NCBI RefSeq assembly: GCF_000372725.1
Contig: NW_005201092.1
Location: forward strand, 294,395 to 358,394
Origin: Emiliania huxleyi CCMP1516
Lineage: Eukaryota
Length of the DNA: 64,000 bases
Reading direction: 5' to 3'
In this document: one piece after another, positions 1-12,500 of the stretch
Layout of the letters: each line of letters opens with the position of its first letter
How positions within the stretch are numbered: the stretch's first letter is position 1
Made by a program: the position numbers and the translations under genes
The notes under the pieces: model-generated
Told to the model about the DNA's origin: nothing
Databases searched by the model: none
The model's input: only the letters and a program-made list of their open reading frames with translations

Positions 1-851
1 GCGTCGCGCCTCTTGCGGCATCTTCCTGCTGCGCTCACCGATACTCGAGCACAAGCTGCCCCCGACTCGCCGTGCGAGGTAGCTGCAGGGCCGATCCAAC
101 TATCAATGATAGTGGCAGACACAACGGTCGGCTGGAGGTCCTCAGATCACAGAGGTCCTCACTACTAGGGGGGGTGGGGGGGGGGGGCTTGTGATCCGCC
201 ACCCTAGCTTACGATGGATAGTATCTTTACGCCCAGGCAGGGACAAACATCTAAAGCTAAGGGAGACTCGCCGATCTCGATGCCAGCAGTGCTCACCAAG
301 ACGTCCTCATAAATCAAGCGTGTGGTCGGCTCATGAGAGGTCCTCACTCAGCTTCAGAGGTCCTCATCCTTTCGACCACGCTCTCTCCTGCTGGCGCATA
401 CTGAAAGGCAGCGCACCTCCTCGGCGCACGTTCCAGCCCTCAGAGGGCCAAAACTGTCGTGAGAATGTGAGTCCGTTGACCCCAATCCTCATGAAGCAAG
501 CTCAAGGCTCATGAAGCAAGCTCAGGTATGACAATGGGAGCTGCTCCTAGATTCAATCGCCGTCGAGGAGCAATCAGATGTGGGTTGTCTTGTGTGTGCG
601 TTGTCTTGCGCCGTCGTCATTTTTTTAAGAGTGAATCTTTAATGAAATGTTGTCATTGCATTTTTCTAGATATGTGCGGCCTTCCTCGCAACACTTGCTA
701 AAAATCTCTCAACATCGACCCCCCAGTGATATCTTAAATTGGTGAAGTAATTTCTTCTGCAATAACGACGTGACTGTGTCTCTGTGCGATTTCGGGATTG
801 TTGGTTTATGATCTTTGACTTTGTGAACGGCGGCTGAACGCCGTTTCCACG

Positions 852-1290
852 ATGGATGCGAATTCTGTGGTGAAGACTCAAGAGGTCGTCGGCGCCTGGA
901 CGGGCTGGGACACGCTCCCCCCGAACTGTTCCGGCCCAGTCGTCGAGGACGAGTGGCGGCACGACTACCTCCTGCGCCTCGAGACGGGAGAGATCTTCCA
1001 GCTCAAGGCGCGCGCGCCGGAGTCGTCGGCTCACGCTCGCTCCAGAGACAGCACTCTCTCGTGCACGCGAGCCGGAGGGCTGCAGTGCCGCGGGCCCATG
1101 CGTAGCACACAAAACAGAGTGCGTGAGCTTCGGATCGCCTGCGCCATGTATGTCTGTATGTCGCAGCGCACCACACCGCCACGCCGACAGCCACGACTGA
1201 CCTCCTCTCCTCTCCTACTCGGCTCGCAGAAGCCCCCGCCGCCAAAGAAGCTGCCGAACGGCAGGACGAAGCGCATCATCACGAGCCGTG
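852..1290 (+). CDS. Small hypothetical protein, probably spliced (GC donor ~1008)
   Basis: ATG 852 follows an AT-rich promoter-like region; protein-like first exon (MDANSVVKTQEVVGAWTGWDTLPP...GEIFQLK); no recognisable domain; end uncertain. Confidence 0.3.
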
Positions 1291-1335
1291 CAGGCGCAGC
1301 ACAGCCGCGCGCACTCACACACAGCCACACACGCA

Positions 1336-1370
<35 letters not shown>

Positions 1371-2530
1371 GCACGCACACATGCACGGCCAAGCCGCCCT
1401 AGCCGCGTAGCACACTGCCGCTAAGTCGAGCCGCGATGACGCCTCTCCGCGCCTTGCGTGCCATGCGAGCAGGCAGCATCTACCGCGGGCTTCTCACGGC
1501 GGCGCGTGCCGAGGGAGCGAAAGGCAAACCGCGATGATGTCCTCCTCGAAACACGGTGCATCAGCCTCCCGTGAACCTTCCGAGAACTTTCCTCTCCAGG
1601 CACCGTCCTCATCCACACGGCGGACGGGTGCCGCGAGGAGCGGCCGGTGCCGCACTTTGCAAACTGCCGCCTGGCGCGGCTCGGAGGCCACCAGGCCGGC
1701 CCTTCGACGCGAGTGGTGCTGTTGGCTTTTAGCCTGCGGACGACTGGGTGTGAACGGCGTCTCTTCACAGCTCGGGTGTGTGTGAGCAGGTGTGGCCGAG
1801 CCTGCGCTGACGACCGGGTGTGTGTACGGCGTCTCTTCACAGCTCGGGGGCGTGTGAGCAGGTGTGGCCGAGCCTGCGGATGACCGAGGCCGAGGCGTGG
1901 CAGCGCTCCTCGCCCTTCTTGGGCGCCGAAGGCCCCTCGGCCATTCCGTGGGAAGCGCGCAAGCCGCAGGCGGACTGGCCGAATGCACGCTAATACTCTT
2001 GTCTATATTTGGGCTATCTCCCCCCATTCCTCGGGGCTGGCATTGGTTCCACCCCCCCCCCCCCCCCTTCTTCCAGGCGGTCTGGCGCGGCGACTGGAAC
2101 GGCACCCCCGCCGAGAGACCAGCAGTAGTAGAGTAGCCACACCTGTCCACTCAGCCGAGGCACCACTCTCTGTAGCCGCACCCTCAGGGGCAGGCGCCCT
2201 CACCCTCACCCTTCTCCTTCCCCCGGAACCCTCTCCCGGACCCTTCCCTTCCCGCACCCTTCCCGGACCCTTCCCTTCCTCTAGGCCTCGACCGGCCGCA
2301 CTCGAACCGCGCCGCGCTCGTCGCGAACTACAGCGGCAGCCACATCGCTCCTCGCACCCCTCGGAGTACTAATCTACCTCGAAGCACCGTGTTTGATGAC
2401 TGTGTGGCTGCTACACAGGCACTCCCACCGCCTCCTCGGTCGTTGGCCAAACGAAGCAGTGAAGTAACACGAGGGAGCCTCTTTTGAACGAACCAGGCAC
2501 AACCCGCTCCTCGAGCAATCATGTTATATC

Positions 2531-4470
2531 AGTCCTCCACCGTCAACACGCAAGGAAGACCATGGAACCCCTTCAACTACAGGCAACCCGCTCTTCGATG
2601 TCGGCTTCGTGCGGCCCGGCAGCGACACGAACATCAACCGCGCCTGCCGAGCCATGTCGCACCTGCTGCCAATCAACTGGCCGGTTAGTCTCTCTCCCCA
2701 TCTCTCCCCATGTCTCCCCATATCTGCTGCCAATCAACTGGTCGCGGCGCCGAACACAAGGCGGAGGACCAACCCTTGTGCGGCGCCCCTTGGCGGTCAC
2801 TTTTGCGGTGGCGTGCGCGTGTGTCAGGCGCTCGGCGGCAGCGTCGACCAGCAGATCGCAAACTGCAAGGCGATCTGGGGAGATACGGGGAGATACGGGG
2901 AGATATGGTGGGGGATATGGTGGGAGATGTGGTGAGATCACTGCCTGCCGCTTGCTGCAGGCGGCGCTGCGGGCACTGGAGCCGAAGGGCTCGCTGACCA
3001 CCGCCGAGCAGGCCCTATATCTCCCCACATCTCCCCATATCTCCGCCAGTCTCTCCCCAGATCTCGCTGACCACCGCCGAGCAGGCGCCCCGCGAGTGAT
3101 CTCCCCATATCTCCCCCATGCCTCCTCCCCATATCTCCCCGGAGCAGGCGCCCCGCGAGCTGAGTGATCTCCCCATATCTCCCCCATGCCTCCCCATATC
3201 TCCCCGGAGCAGGCGCCCCGCGAGCTGAGTGATCTCCCCATATCTCCCCCATGCCTCCCCCCCATATCTCCCCGGAGCATGCGCCCCGCGAGCTGAGGAC
3301 GAGAGGATGTTGAGTGATCTCCCCATATCTCCCCCATGCCTCCCCCCCATATCTCCCCGGAGCAGGCGCCCCGCGAGCTGAGGACGAGAGGATGTCGAGG
3401 ATGCACCGACGAGAGTCAGACCCTCTCGCCAGCCTCGACTGACCGGCCGGGCCGCGAGATGATGATGGTGATGCCAAGGTAGAGAGTCAAAGAGCAACGG
3501 TATGGCCACTCTACTGCCGACAGGCGGGCTACAAGATGGTGTTGGTCCTCGAGGGCAACGGCGCCGCCTCCTGCTCCAAGCACATGCCGCGGGGGCCCTC
3601 GCCTCATCACAACCGACAGAGCTAATGGTTGAGTACCGACAGGCGCCGCCTCCTCCATGCCGTGGGTAATAATTAAAAAATGGTGATAATAACTAACTAA
3701 CTCACTAATTAATAATGAGTAGGCGCCGCCTCCTCCATGCCGTGGGTCCTCGCGGCTTGTTAATTAATCACTAACCACTAACCATTAATTAATAATGAGT
3801 AGGCGCCGCCTCCTCCATGTCGTGGGTCCTCGCGAGCGGCAGCACCGCCCTCATCCCCACACCGACCAGCGCCGAGGTCGACTCGCTAGCAACTGTGAAG
3901 CGACTGGCTAGCCGTTGCCCAGCACGACTACTGCCTACTCAAGCGACTACTCATTATTAATTAATTAATTAGTTGACTACTACCTCAAGCGACTCTCCAA
4001 ACGCACGACTACTGACGCATGGCCCAATTGTAGAGTGGTGACGCTGCAGCGCATGGCTAGGGCTAGGGCTATGGTCAGGGCTAGGGTTAGGGTTCGGGTC
4101 CTGGCCAGGTGTGGGTTGGCTCGCTCGCTCGACCCGGCGTCCACTACCTCCCGCTGAAGCAAGACCTGTCACTAATAACAGTAGTTAACTATGAATTATT
4201 ATTAATTAATAGGCGTCCACTACCTCCCGCTGAAGCAAGACCTGTCCGACGCAGCCGACAAGGCGGCAGTGGCGCTTGAACCGCAACGGAGCCAGAGTCA
4301 CTCATTCTTAAATCATCCCACGTCAGCAGGCGGCAGTGGCGCGTGAACCGCAACGGAGCCGAGTCGCCCATTCTTCATCGATCATCCGTCCTTAGCAGGC
4401 GGCGTGGTGCGTGCGCAACGGAGCCGAGTGCGGCGCCATCGCGGCGGCGGCGCACGCGCTGATGCGGGGT
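2531..4470 (+). CDS. Glycosyltransferase family 90 (CAP10/KDELC-like), multi-exon, partial
   Basis: Manually spliced exons give ...LFDVGFVRPG...LTTAEQ|AGYKMVLVLEGNG|AASSMSWVLASGSTALIPTPT...GVHYLPLKQDLSDAADK|AAWCVRNGAECGAIA, matching the GT90 C-terminal pattern (YK.LL.LEGN..AS..W.L.S.S / HY.P...DLSD); runs into an N gap. Confidence 0.75.
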
Positions 4471-4492
4471 GACTTGCTTCCTCCCTCCTTAC

Positions 4493-4856
4493 NNNNNNNN
4501 NNNNNNNNNNNNNNNNNNNNNNNNNNNNNNNNNNNNNNNNNNNNNNNNNNNNNNNNNNNNNNNNNNNNNNNNNNNNNNNNNNNNNNNNNNNNNNNNNNNN
4601 NNNNNNNNNNNNNNNNNNNNNNNNNNNNNNNNNNNNNNNNNNNNNNNNNNNNNNNNNNNNNNNNNNNNNNNNNNNNNNNNNNNNNNNNNNNNNNNNNNNN
4701 NNNNNNNNNNNNNNNNNNNNNNNNNNNNNNNNNNNNNNNNNNNNNNNNNNNNNNNNNNNNNNNNNNNNNNNNNNNNNNNNNNNNNNNNNNNNNNNNNNNN
4801 NNNNNNNNNNNNNNNNNNNNNNNNNNNNNNNNNNNNNNNNNNNNNNNNNNNNNNNN
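4493..4856. other. Assembly gap (N run)
   Basis: Run of n characters. Confidence 1.
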
Positions 4857-5822
4857 CCCCTCCCCCCCTCCGGGACCCCCCGGACGCCTGCTTCCGAGGC
4901 TTCCCTCCCTACCCCTCCACCCCTCCGCCCCTCCGCCTTTGCACACACGCGGCCAACCCGCCTCCTCAGCCGAGATGGCACACATGCTTGGCGGACGCGG
5001 TTGGCGGTGCGGGCGTGACGGGGGGGAAGCGGGGGGGTGGGGGGGGGGGCGATGACACGCGCCAGTCATGAGCCTGGGCCGCGTGTCGCAGGTACCGCCC
5101 CGAGGCGCCGCCGCGAGGCAAGTTCCGCCTGCCCGCACCGTGACGCGAAGGGGTGCACAACGCGCGCGTGGCCGGATGGTAGAGTAAGGAAGCCATGAGG
5201 GGACCTCGATGAGACGCAACACGTGTTCCGTCGGGCACAAATAACGTTGCGATACCAAATGAATGTAGAGTGCACTTGGAGCACTTGGATTGCAGTCGCC
5301 GAGTCGGTAACGGCTAACGCACAAGGCACATCCAGCTTCCAAGGAGGAATTTTATTTTATTTAACCGTTCAAGAATTCTACCATATTTTGCTGAGCTGCT
5401 ACGGGCTAGCCCTGCGTTCGCGGCACGCATCCGGCGGGAGCTCGCGGGCCGCTCTCTCGCATGCTGCTGCTCCTCGTGCTCGGACCCGTCGAGGCGGCGC
5501 CTCTGCCACGGCCACGTCCTCTTCTACGTGGCCAACTGCTCGGACGACGACTTCGACGCCTTCCTCGAGCCCGGGCCGGACGGCGACGACGATCCCGAGG
5601 TGAACGCCACCGCCCTCCGCGCCTGCCTCCTTCAGCACGAGGCGCAGGCCTCCGCGCTCGACGACCACTGGCAGCGCTGCTGCGGCGTGTCTGCGGAGGA
5701 CGGCGCCGTGCAGCTGGCCGACGCCCTCGCCGGAGAGATGCCTGGAGGATGCAGAGGCGGAGGCGGCGGCGGCGGAAGAGGAGGAGGGGGAGAGTGAGGG
5801 GGAGGCGGAGGCGGGGGCACCT

Positions 5823-6070
5823 GTGACGGCCCCCTACAAGAAGGGCGACTACCGGTTCGCGCGGGAGAAGAATTGCGACCTGCGTTTGCTCGACTTCGAG
5901 ACGTTCGGCGGCTTCGGGGACGGCGTCCGCAAAATTCTTCGGCAGGCGGCGGACCAGCTGAGTAACAAACTTTCGCACGCTCAGCACCTCGATGAGGTCA
6001 CATGGACCACCAAGAACTGGCACGGGCTGCAGATGCAGCGCTTGTCTGTCGTCCTCCACACCGCCGTGCT
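5823..6070 (+). mobile_element. Fragment of a non-LTR retrotransposon restriction-like endonuclease (RLE) domain, CRE-like
   Basis: LLDFETFGGFGDGVRKILRQ...W...QRLSVVLHTAV fits the RLE C-terminal pattern (ET.G..G ... QRLSV). Confidence 0.65.
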
Positions 6071-6785
6071 GAGGGGAGGGGACGGTCGACTGGGCCGGTC
6101 GCTCGACCCGATTCTACTCTACTCTCAGTCTACCATTCATGGACAATAGTGTCTGTGACGGCGGTCACATTCACAGCGAGGTCAGTTCACAGCCGAGCAA
6201 TCGATCCTGACACGCTCCACTTTCAGGGCTCGCCGCGGCTCGAGCAAGGTCAATGGCGATCGGCATCTTGCCAGCTGTGGCTTGCCCGTCTACCGCTACC
6301 GCGCCTTCAGATACAGTCGCCCCTCCCGCCCACGCCGGCGACTGTCTGAGGTGCAGTTGACATCTGGATGACTGCGCATAATGGGGTTGACCCGCCGCGC
6401 AGCAACCCGATGTTCACGATTTAGGTTTCCGTCGAGTGACGAGTCTCGTCCGAGACGTCTAGTCTCACCCCGCCTCGTGGCATACCTGTTCTAGTGTGTC
6501 ATGGGTGTCCCAGTGGTGTTCTCGTGTGTGGGGGAGGCTCAGCAGCCCACCACAGGGAGGTTTCGTCAGTCTCGGCGTCGCATCTGCCGCGCCGAGATTC
6601 GACGGACCGAAGGGGTAGAGGCTAGCGCTCTCGGTCGAGAGAAGCGCATTACTCAAGACAATGATTACTACATCATGCACGACCTCGAGCGTGCAACGCC
6701 GCACAGTGCTCAGGGTTCGAGCAGGTGCAGGCGAGTGGAGGGGCCCCTGGCAGAGGCGTTCACAGCAGTCACAGGGGGACCACTC

Positions 6786-8366
6786 ATGGGCTTCGTGCTG
6801 CTTTCGCTTGCGAGCGCCCTCCTCACCGATGGTGATCCGCGCACGTATGTCGCCGACAACTGCGAAGACAGAGCGGGTGGAGATCAGTGCCGTGCCTGGG
6901 CAAGCGAGGGCGAGTGCGAGGAGAATGCGGGGTTCATGCTCACCGAGTGCGCTGCCTCGTGCAGCGCCTGCACGTGCTCGCGGCCGAACCAAACGGCGGC
7001 CGTGGAGGTGGGAGGCATCGGCCGCATGTTTGAGCGCATCGTTCAGAACTACCCACAGTTCGCGCCGCATGTTGTCTCGAGGGATCCGTGGGTGCTGGTG
7101 CTTGAGAACTTTGTCTCTCCGGCAGAGGCGGAGGCGTTCAACGCAGAGTGCTCCGACCACTGGCAGACCACGATGAATCCGGGCCAGCCCGAGAAGTGTC
7201 AGCCCAAATCGCTCTCGTGCGACCACCACGTCGACGTTCTGGAGCAGCTCCCGGTTGTGCAGCAGGTGAAGCGGCGGATCTCCGGGCTGACCATGACGCC
7301 GATGCCGAACCTCGAGAAGATGCACGTCCAGCGGTATGAGGTTGGGATGGAGTTCACGGCGCACCACGACCAGGTGGGCCGGATCGACACGCCCGAGGGG
7401 ATGCGCACAGCCACGCTCGTCATGTACACGCTCGAGCCCGAGGAGGGCGGCGGCACCACCTTCAAGGACATCAACTACACGGTGGAGGCTCGCTTGGGGC
7501 GCGCGGTTCTCTTCGCCAATCTCATGGACGCGAACGTGTCGCTGCCTGAGCTTCTCACGCACCACGAGGGAAGCGTCGTCCAGCGCGGCACCAAGGTTGC
7601 GGTGTCGCAGTGGATTCGTCAGTACGACTGGCGCACGCCGAACAACCGCTTCTGCCGAGCGTCTAAGGAAGCAGCCGCACAGGGCGCCCTCAGGTCGTTC
7701 GACTATCTCAACGACTACTTGGAGGCGAGGCGCGCCGCGGGGCTGCCTCACATAGTGCCTCTCTCCCTCGCGGACGACTACGGGCGGGTCACCACGAAAG
7801 AGGCAACGGGCCACGTGGAGCGTGGGACGGCGTTGCTCGAGCGAGCCATGCTGCGTGAGTCCATCCTCCCGCTGCGACGCTCGCCAAGCCAGCAGGCGGA
7901 CGACGAGGAGGAGGAGTCGACGCGCGCCATGCTCCTCGAGGCGCTCGCGAGCTTCCGCGTCGCGCTCTCGGCCATCGAGGCCTTTCCGAAGGTGAAGCCG
8001 CAGTACTCTGAGGGGGCGGCGCTGCTCGCGCTCGGCGACCACGAGGCCGCGCTGCCGGCGCTGCGGCGGGCACAGGAGGTCGAAGGCGGCCTGGCTCCAC
8101 TCTGCATCGCGGCCAGCCTCGGGCACGAGCTGGTCGTTCGCTTCTTGCTGCGCGAGGGCGCCGACGTGGAAGAGCGCGCGCGCGGTTTGACGCCGCTCTT
8201 CTACGCATCGCTCTACGGCAGGGTGGATGTCGCGCGCCGGCTCGTGGTCGCCGGCGCGCAGGTGGATCGCGTCAGTGAGGGCGGGGGCACCCCGCTGCAG
8301 GCAGCGAAGGCCCAGAAGCACTGGGCTGTGGTCCAGCTGCTGCGGATCGCTGGAGCGCTTGGGTAG
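6786..8366 (+). CDS. Secreted-type ShK + prolyl 4-hydroxylase (2OG-Fe(II) oxygenase) + C-terminal ankyrin repeat protein
   Basis: Hydrophobic N-terminus MGFVLLSLASALL; ShK cysteine pattern CED..CRAWASEGEC..N..FM..CAASC..C; P4H motifs RYEVGMEFTAHHD, EEGGGTTF, HEGSVVQRGTK..W; three ankyrin repeats (PLCIAASLGH, TPLFYASLYG, TPLQAA); intronless; ORF is open from 6501. Confidence 0.88.
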   Translation: MGFVLLSLASALLTDGDPRTYVADNCEDRAGGDQCRAWASEGECEENAGFMLTECAASCSACTCSRPNQTAAVEVGGIGRMFERIVQNYPQFAPHVVSRDPWVLVLENFVSPAEAEAFNAECSDHWQTTMNPGQPEKCQPKSLSCDHHVDVLEQLPVVQQVKRRISGLTMTPMPNLEKMHVQRYEVGMEFTAHHDQVGRIDTPEGMRTATLVMYTLEPEEGGGTTFKDINYTVEARLGRAVLFANLMDANVSLPELLTHHEGSVVQRGTKVAVSQWIRQYDWRTPNNRFCRASKEAAAQGALRSFDYLNDYLEARRAAGLPHIVPLSLADDYGRVTTKEATGHVERGTALLERAMLRESILPLRRSPSQQADDEEEESTRAMLLEALASFRVALSAIEAFPKVKPQYSEGAALLALGDHEAALPALRRAQEVEGGLAPLCIAASLGHELVVRFLLREGADVEERARGLTPLFYASLYGRVDVARRLVVAGAQVDRVSEGGGTPLQAAKAQKHWAVVQLLRIAGALG

Positions 8367-8700
8367 CGGTACGCGGTAGGCGCTCGCTTTTTGATCGCTT
8401 GACCGCTGATACGGACGGCAGGCGGCCTACAAACTATAGTACACGAATGAATTGTGCTTCCCGGGCCGGTTTAACGGTCATAATCGTCTGACAATTTAAA
8501 CTGTTTAGACTGCTTAGATCTCGATCTTTCCAATAGCCCCGGGCCCGCGCGATTGCAGCATGCAGGGTGTGGGGACCAGGACCCCCTCCCCGGACGAACC
8601 GGACACGCTCCCTCGGACATGGGCAAGAGATAGACGACCTAGTGGGTGGCGGAGAGTGGAGGCGAGGCGCGCGCCGCAAGCGGTACTCGACAACGTCGCG

Positions 8701-9200
8701 ATGGAGGAGGAGATCGGAGGGGCGGTACAGGAGATGTGGACAAAGGGAGGAGGAAGGGAGGGATACGAAGAGATTGGGAGGAACGAAATTGCTCGCGACC
8801 CCGTCCTACGACTGTATCTGAGGAGCGACGAGGCGGAGGCGACGGCGGTGCCGCTTCTTCCCGCGCCGCTGGTTCCAGGTCGGCGCGCTCGCAAACACAA
8901 GTGCGCGCGCGGGCTGGGCGGTCTACATCTCGCCCGACCAGCGCATCCTGCAGCAGCACGTCGTGCTCCTCCTCGGCTGCGTCGAGCTGCTGCGGCGCGC
9001 GCAGTGGTGCGCTTTCCGCGTCGAGTGGGCCGTCGTCTCGCAGCTGAGGGCGCGCGTCCCTTTGGACACCTCGAGCTGCTCGCTGCCGTCGGCGCAGCCC
9101 TCGCCGCATGCGGAGGCCGTCCGCATGGCGCCGGCGGGCGTGCAGCGGCGGCCAGCTCCGGTGGGAGGACGTCGAGGCCGGCGCGCCAGAGTCAAAGTCC
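8701..9200 (+). CDS. Possible hypothetical protein or remnant
   Basis: Two protein-like segments in different frames (MEEEIGGAVQEMW...; RILQQHVVLLLGCVELL...); no domain recognised. Confidence 0.2.
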
Positions 9201-9500
9201 ACCACACGCTGCAGTTTCCCTTGGATGGGCGCCGCACGTTCGTGAATCAACTGTGCTGTTTGTACCGCCGCGATTGTTTCCGCCCGCGCGCGAGCAGAGC
9301 GGAGCTCGCAGCGTCGCACAGGCGCACGTCGCAGTCAGACATGCCAGTCAGTCATTTCAGTACGGTACATGTGCATGTGCATGTGCGCGATCGTTTCTCG
9401 GCTCGCGCAAACAAAAACTGGCTTCTAAGTTCTAAAGCTCGCCCCCTGCGCTGAGCGTGCGGGTCGCCGAGCTGCGAGTGTGTCATGAAGTGTAAGAGCA

Positions 9501-12500
9501 CTAAGCAGAGCCGCCGCGCCCTGCGCCCCGCCCGCCCCGCCCGCCACGTCCACGCCCCCCTCGCCCCCCTCGCCCCCCTCGCCTACCGACCGCCGCCGTG
9601 GCGCCTGCAGGCTGAGCCTGGGGCACGGTGCGCGAAGGCGGCTGTTGAACAAACGTCGTCTGCGCTGCCACCAGCCGCCCAGTTGCGGCGATGGGCAGCG
9701 CCGGCTGGCGGCAGGCCGGGCAGTTGCTGTCGCGCTCCAGCACGCGCGGCGCACACGCCTCGCAGTACAGCGCGTGGCCGCACGCGAAACGGACCGAGCG
9801 CGGCGCGTCGTAGCAGAGGTCACACTGGCGCTCCTCGGCCCCAGCCGTCTCCTCCACCTCTCCCGCCGCTTCGACGAGCGCCTCCAGCCGCGGCAGCGCC
9901 TCCGCGAGCGGCATCCGCTTCTTCTTCTTCACGAGAGCCAGCCCGACCACGAGCCGCACCAGCTCCTCGGCCTGCGCCGCCGACCAGCCCGCGTCGGCCG
10001 CCGCGATGCTCTCCGCCGTGTCGGGCTCCTCCAGCGCATCGTCGCACTCGTCGAGGAGGCCGACGGCGCCGCGGCCGGTCAGGGAGACGAGCAGCGTGAT
10101 GCCGAGCGCGTAGCCGTCGGTCAGCTGCGAAGCCTGCCCGCTCTGCGATATGATCGGGTCCATGTACCCTAGCTTGCCGAAGAGGCGCTGCGTCGACAGG
10201 TGCGACACCCGCTGGTTGCCGCCGGCCGTCGCCTCTGCCGCGCGCGCGAGGCCCACGTCGGCGAGGTAGCCGTTGCCGCGCTCGTCGAGCAGGATGTTGC
10301 CCGCCGAGACGTCGCGGTGCAGGATCATGGGCGAGAGCGTGTGCAGGTAGTGCAGCGCGCTCGCTGCGTCGCGCAGCACGCGGAGCCGTGCGGCGGCGGA
10401 GAGCGGCGGAAGCGGCGTCTCGAAGCCGAGCATGCGGAGCCGCTGCAGCGCGGCTGGAGCGCGGTAGAGGCGGTCCTCGAGGCTGCCGCCGCGGCAGAGG
10501 GGGTAGACGAGGCACGCTCTCGCCGGCGCCAAGCAGACGCCGAGGAGGGGGAGGAGGGACCGGTGGCATGCCGCGCTGAGCGTGCGCACCTCGCTCTGCA
10601 GCTCGGCGAGGCCTTGGGCGCCGACACCGACCAGGGCCGTCTTGACGGCGAACCCGCAGGCGACGCGCAGGAGCGACGGCAGCGCGTCGCAGCGGTAGAC
10701 GCGCCCGAAGCCTCCCTCGCCCACCTTGCGTGCCTCGGCAAAGCCGTCGGTCGCCGCGATGAGCTCGTCGAGAGGGACGGCGGCGGGCGGCGCGGCGGCG
10801 GCGGCGAGGGCGGCGACACTCGACGCCGCCTCCGCTGCCGCCGCTGCCGCCGCCTCCGCTGCCGCCGCTGCCGCCGCCTCCGCTGCCGCCGCTGCCGCCG
10901 CCTCCGCTGCCGCCTCCACTGCTGCCGCCTCTTGAGCCTCCGCCGCCGCCACGGCCGCCACTGCCGCCTCCACAGCCGCCGCCTCCGCCATCGCCTCCAC
11001 CTCCGCTGCTGCCTCCGCTGCCGCCCTCTCCCTCGCCTCCTCCCGCTCCCTTGCCGCCTCCTCCCTTGCGCGCGATGCCGCTGCCGCCTCCTCCGCCGCC
11101 CGCGCCGCCGCAGCCTCTGCTACCACCCGATCCGCTTCCTCCGCCACTCGCGCCTCCTCTGCGGCCCGCGCTGCCGCCGCCTGCTCCGCTGCCTGCTCCA
11201 CCGCCCGCGCTGCCGCCTCCGCCTGCCTCGCCGCAGCTTTCTCCTCCTTCTGCCGCTGCCGCTTCAGCGCCCTGGCCTCGCGGGTCTTTCGCTCCGCCAG
11301 CTCGTCGCGCAGCCGCCGCGCCGCCCGCAGCGCCTCCGAGCCGTCGGCGCCTTCGGTGTTCGCGTTGATCGCCCCCCTGAGCGCCTCGAGATCAGCGTCG
11401 CCTCGGCCGCACGCCTCAACCGCCTCGCGCAGCGCCGCCTCGGCAGCATCGCGCGCCTCCACCGCCTCCGCTGCCGCTGCCACCTCGCCTGCGGCCGCCG
11501 CGGCCTGTTCGGCTGATTCTGCGACCGCCGCCTCCCCCTCCGCCTCTGCTGCGGCCGACGAGTGCTCCTCGAGGGCGCACACGCACTCGGTGCTGCCCAT
11601 CTCCTTGGCCCTCTGCAGCGCCGTCATGCCGTCAACAGTGCGCGCCGCGTCTGCGCCCGCCCGCAGCAAGCGCCGCACGACGGCGGGGCGGTTGAAGAGG
11701 ACGGCATCCATCAGCGCGGTCCAGCCTGTGCTGCTCTGCAGGTTGACCTCCGCGCCGCGCCGCAGCAGCAGCTCGACCACCCGCTCGTGGCCGTTGCTGG
11801 CGGCGTGCATCAGCGCGGTGAAGCCTTTGCTGCTCTGCAGGTTGACCCCAGCGCCGTGCCGCAGCAGCAACTCGACCACCCGCTCGTCGCCGTGGTCGGC
11901 GGCGAGTATCAGCGCGGTCCAGCCTTTGCTGCTCTGCAGGTTGATCTCCGCGCCGTGCCGCAGCAGCAGCTCGACCACCCGCTCGTGGCCGTGGCGGGCG
12001 GCGGTCATCAGCAGCGTGAGGCCGCTCACGCCGCCTTGCTCGTACGTCGCGTCGGCCCGCCCGCCACTGTCGAGCCACGCCAGCACCGCCTCCTCCTCGC
12101 CTCGCTCCGCCGCTGCCGCGACCGCATCGGAGACTGCCGCAACACCGCTCGACGCCTGCTCCGCCGCCACCGCTGGAGATAGCGTCTTCGCGACTCTCGA
12201 TCCAGCCGAGGAAGCGCCGCCGGACGAAGCGCCACCTGCACCTTCGCCGCCGGCTGCCGTCGCCGTGGGCCGTCCCGCCACGACCGACTCCTTGACGTGC
12301 TGCCGGAAGGCCTCGACGCACTCGGCGTGGCCCTTCTCCTTGGCCAGCTGCAGCGCTGTCTTCCCGTTCTCAGCACGCGCCGCCGTGTCTGCGCCCGCCC
12401 GAAGCAAGCGCCGCACGACGGCGGGGTGGTTGAAGAAGGCGGCGAGTATCAGCGCGGTGAAGCCTTTGCTGCTCTGCAGGTTGATCTCCGCGCCGTGCCG

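Noticed and set aside
3641..3830. Repeat-spacer-repeat pattern resembling a mini CRISPR
   Set aside because: The repeats are copies of an exon start and the spacers are related AT-rich filler
4057..4100. Telomere-like TTAGGG repeats
   Set aside because: Short, degenerate and intronic; not a chromosome end
5461..5797. Signal-peptide-like start plus acidic segment
   Set aside because: Needs a frameshift and has no recognisable homology; at most a gene remnant
6465..8321. Long antisense ORFs (also 11356-12876, 10200-11516, 50470-51996 and others)
   Set aside because: Shadow ORFs expected from high GC3 codon usage opposite real genes
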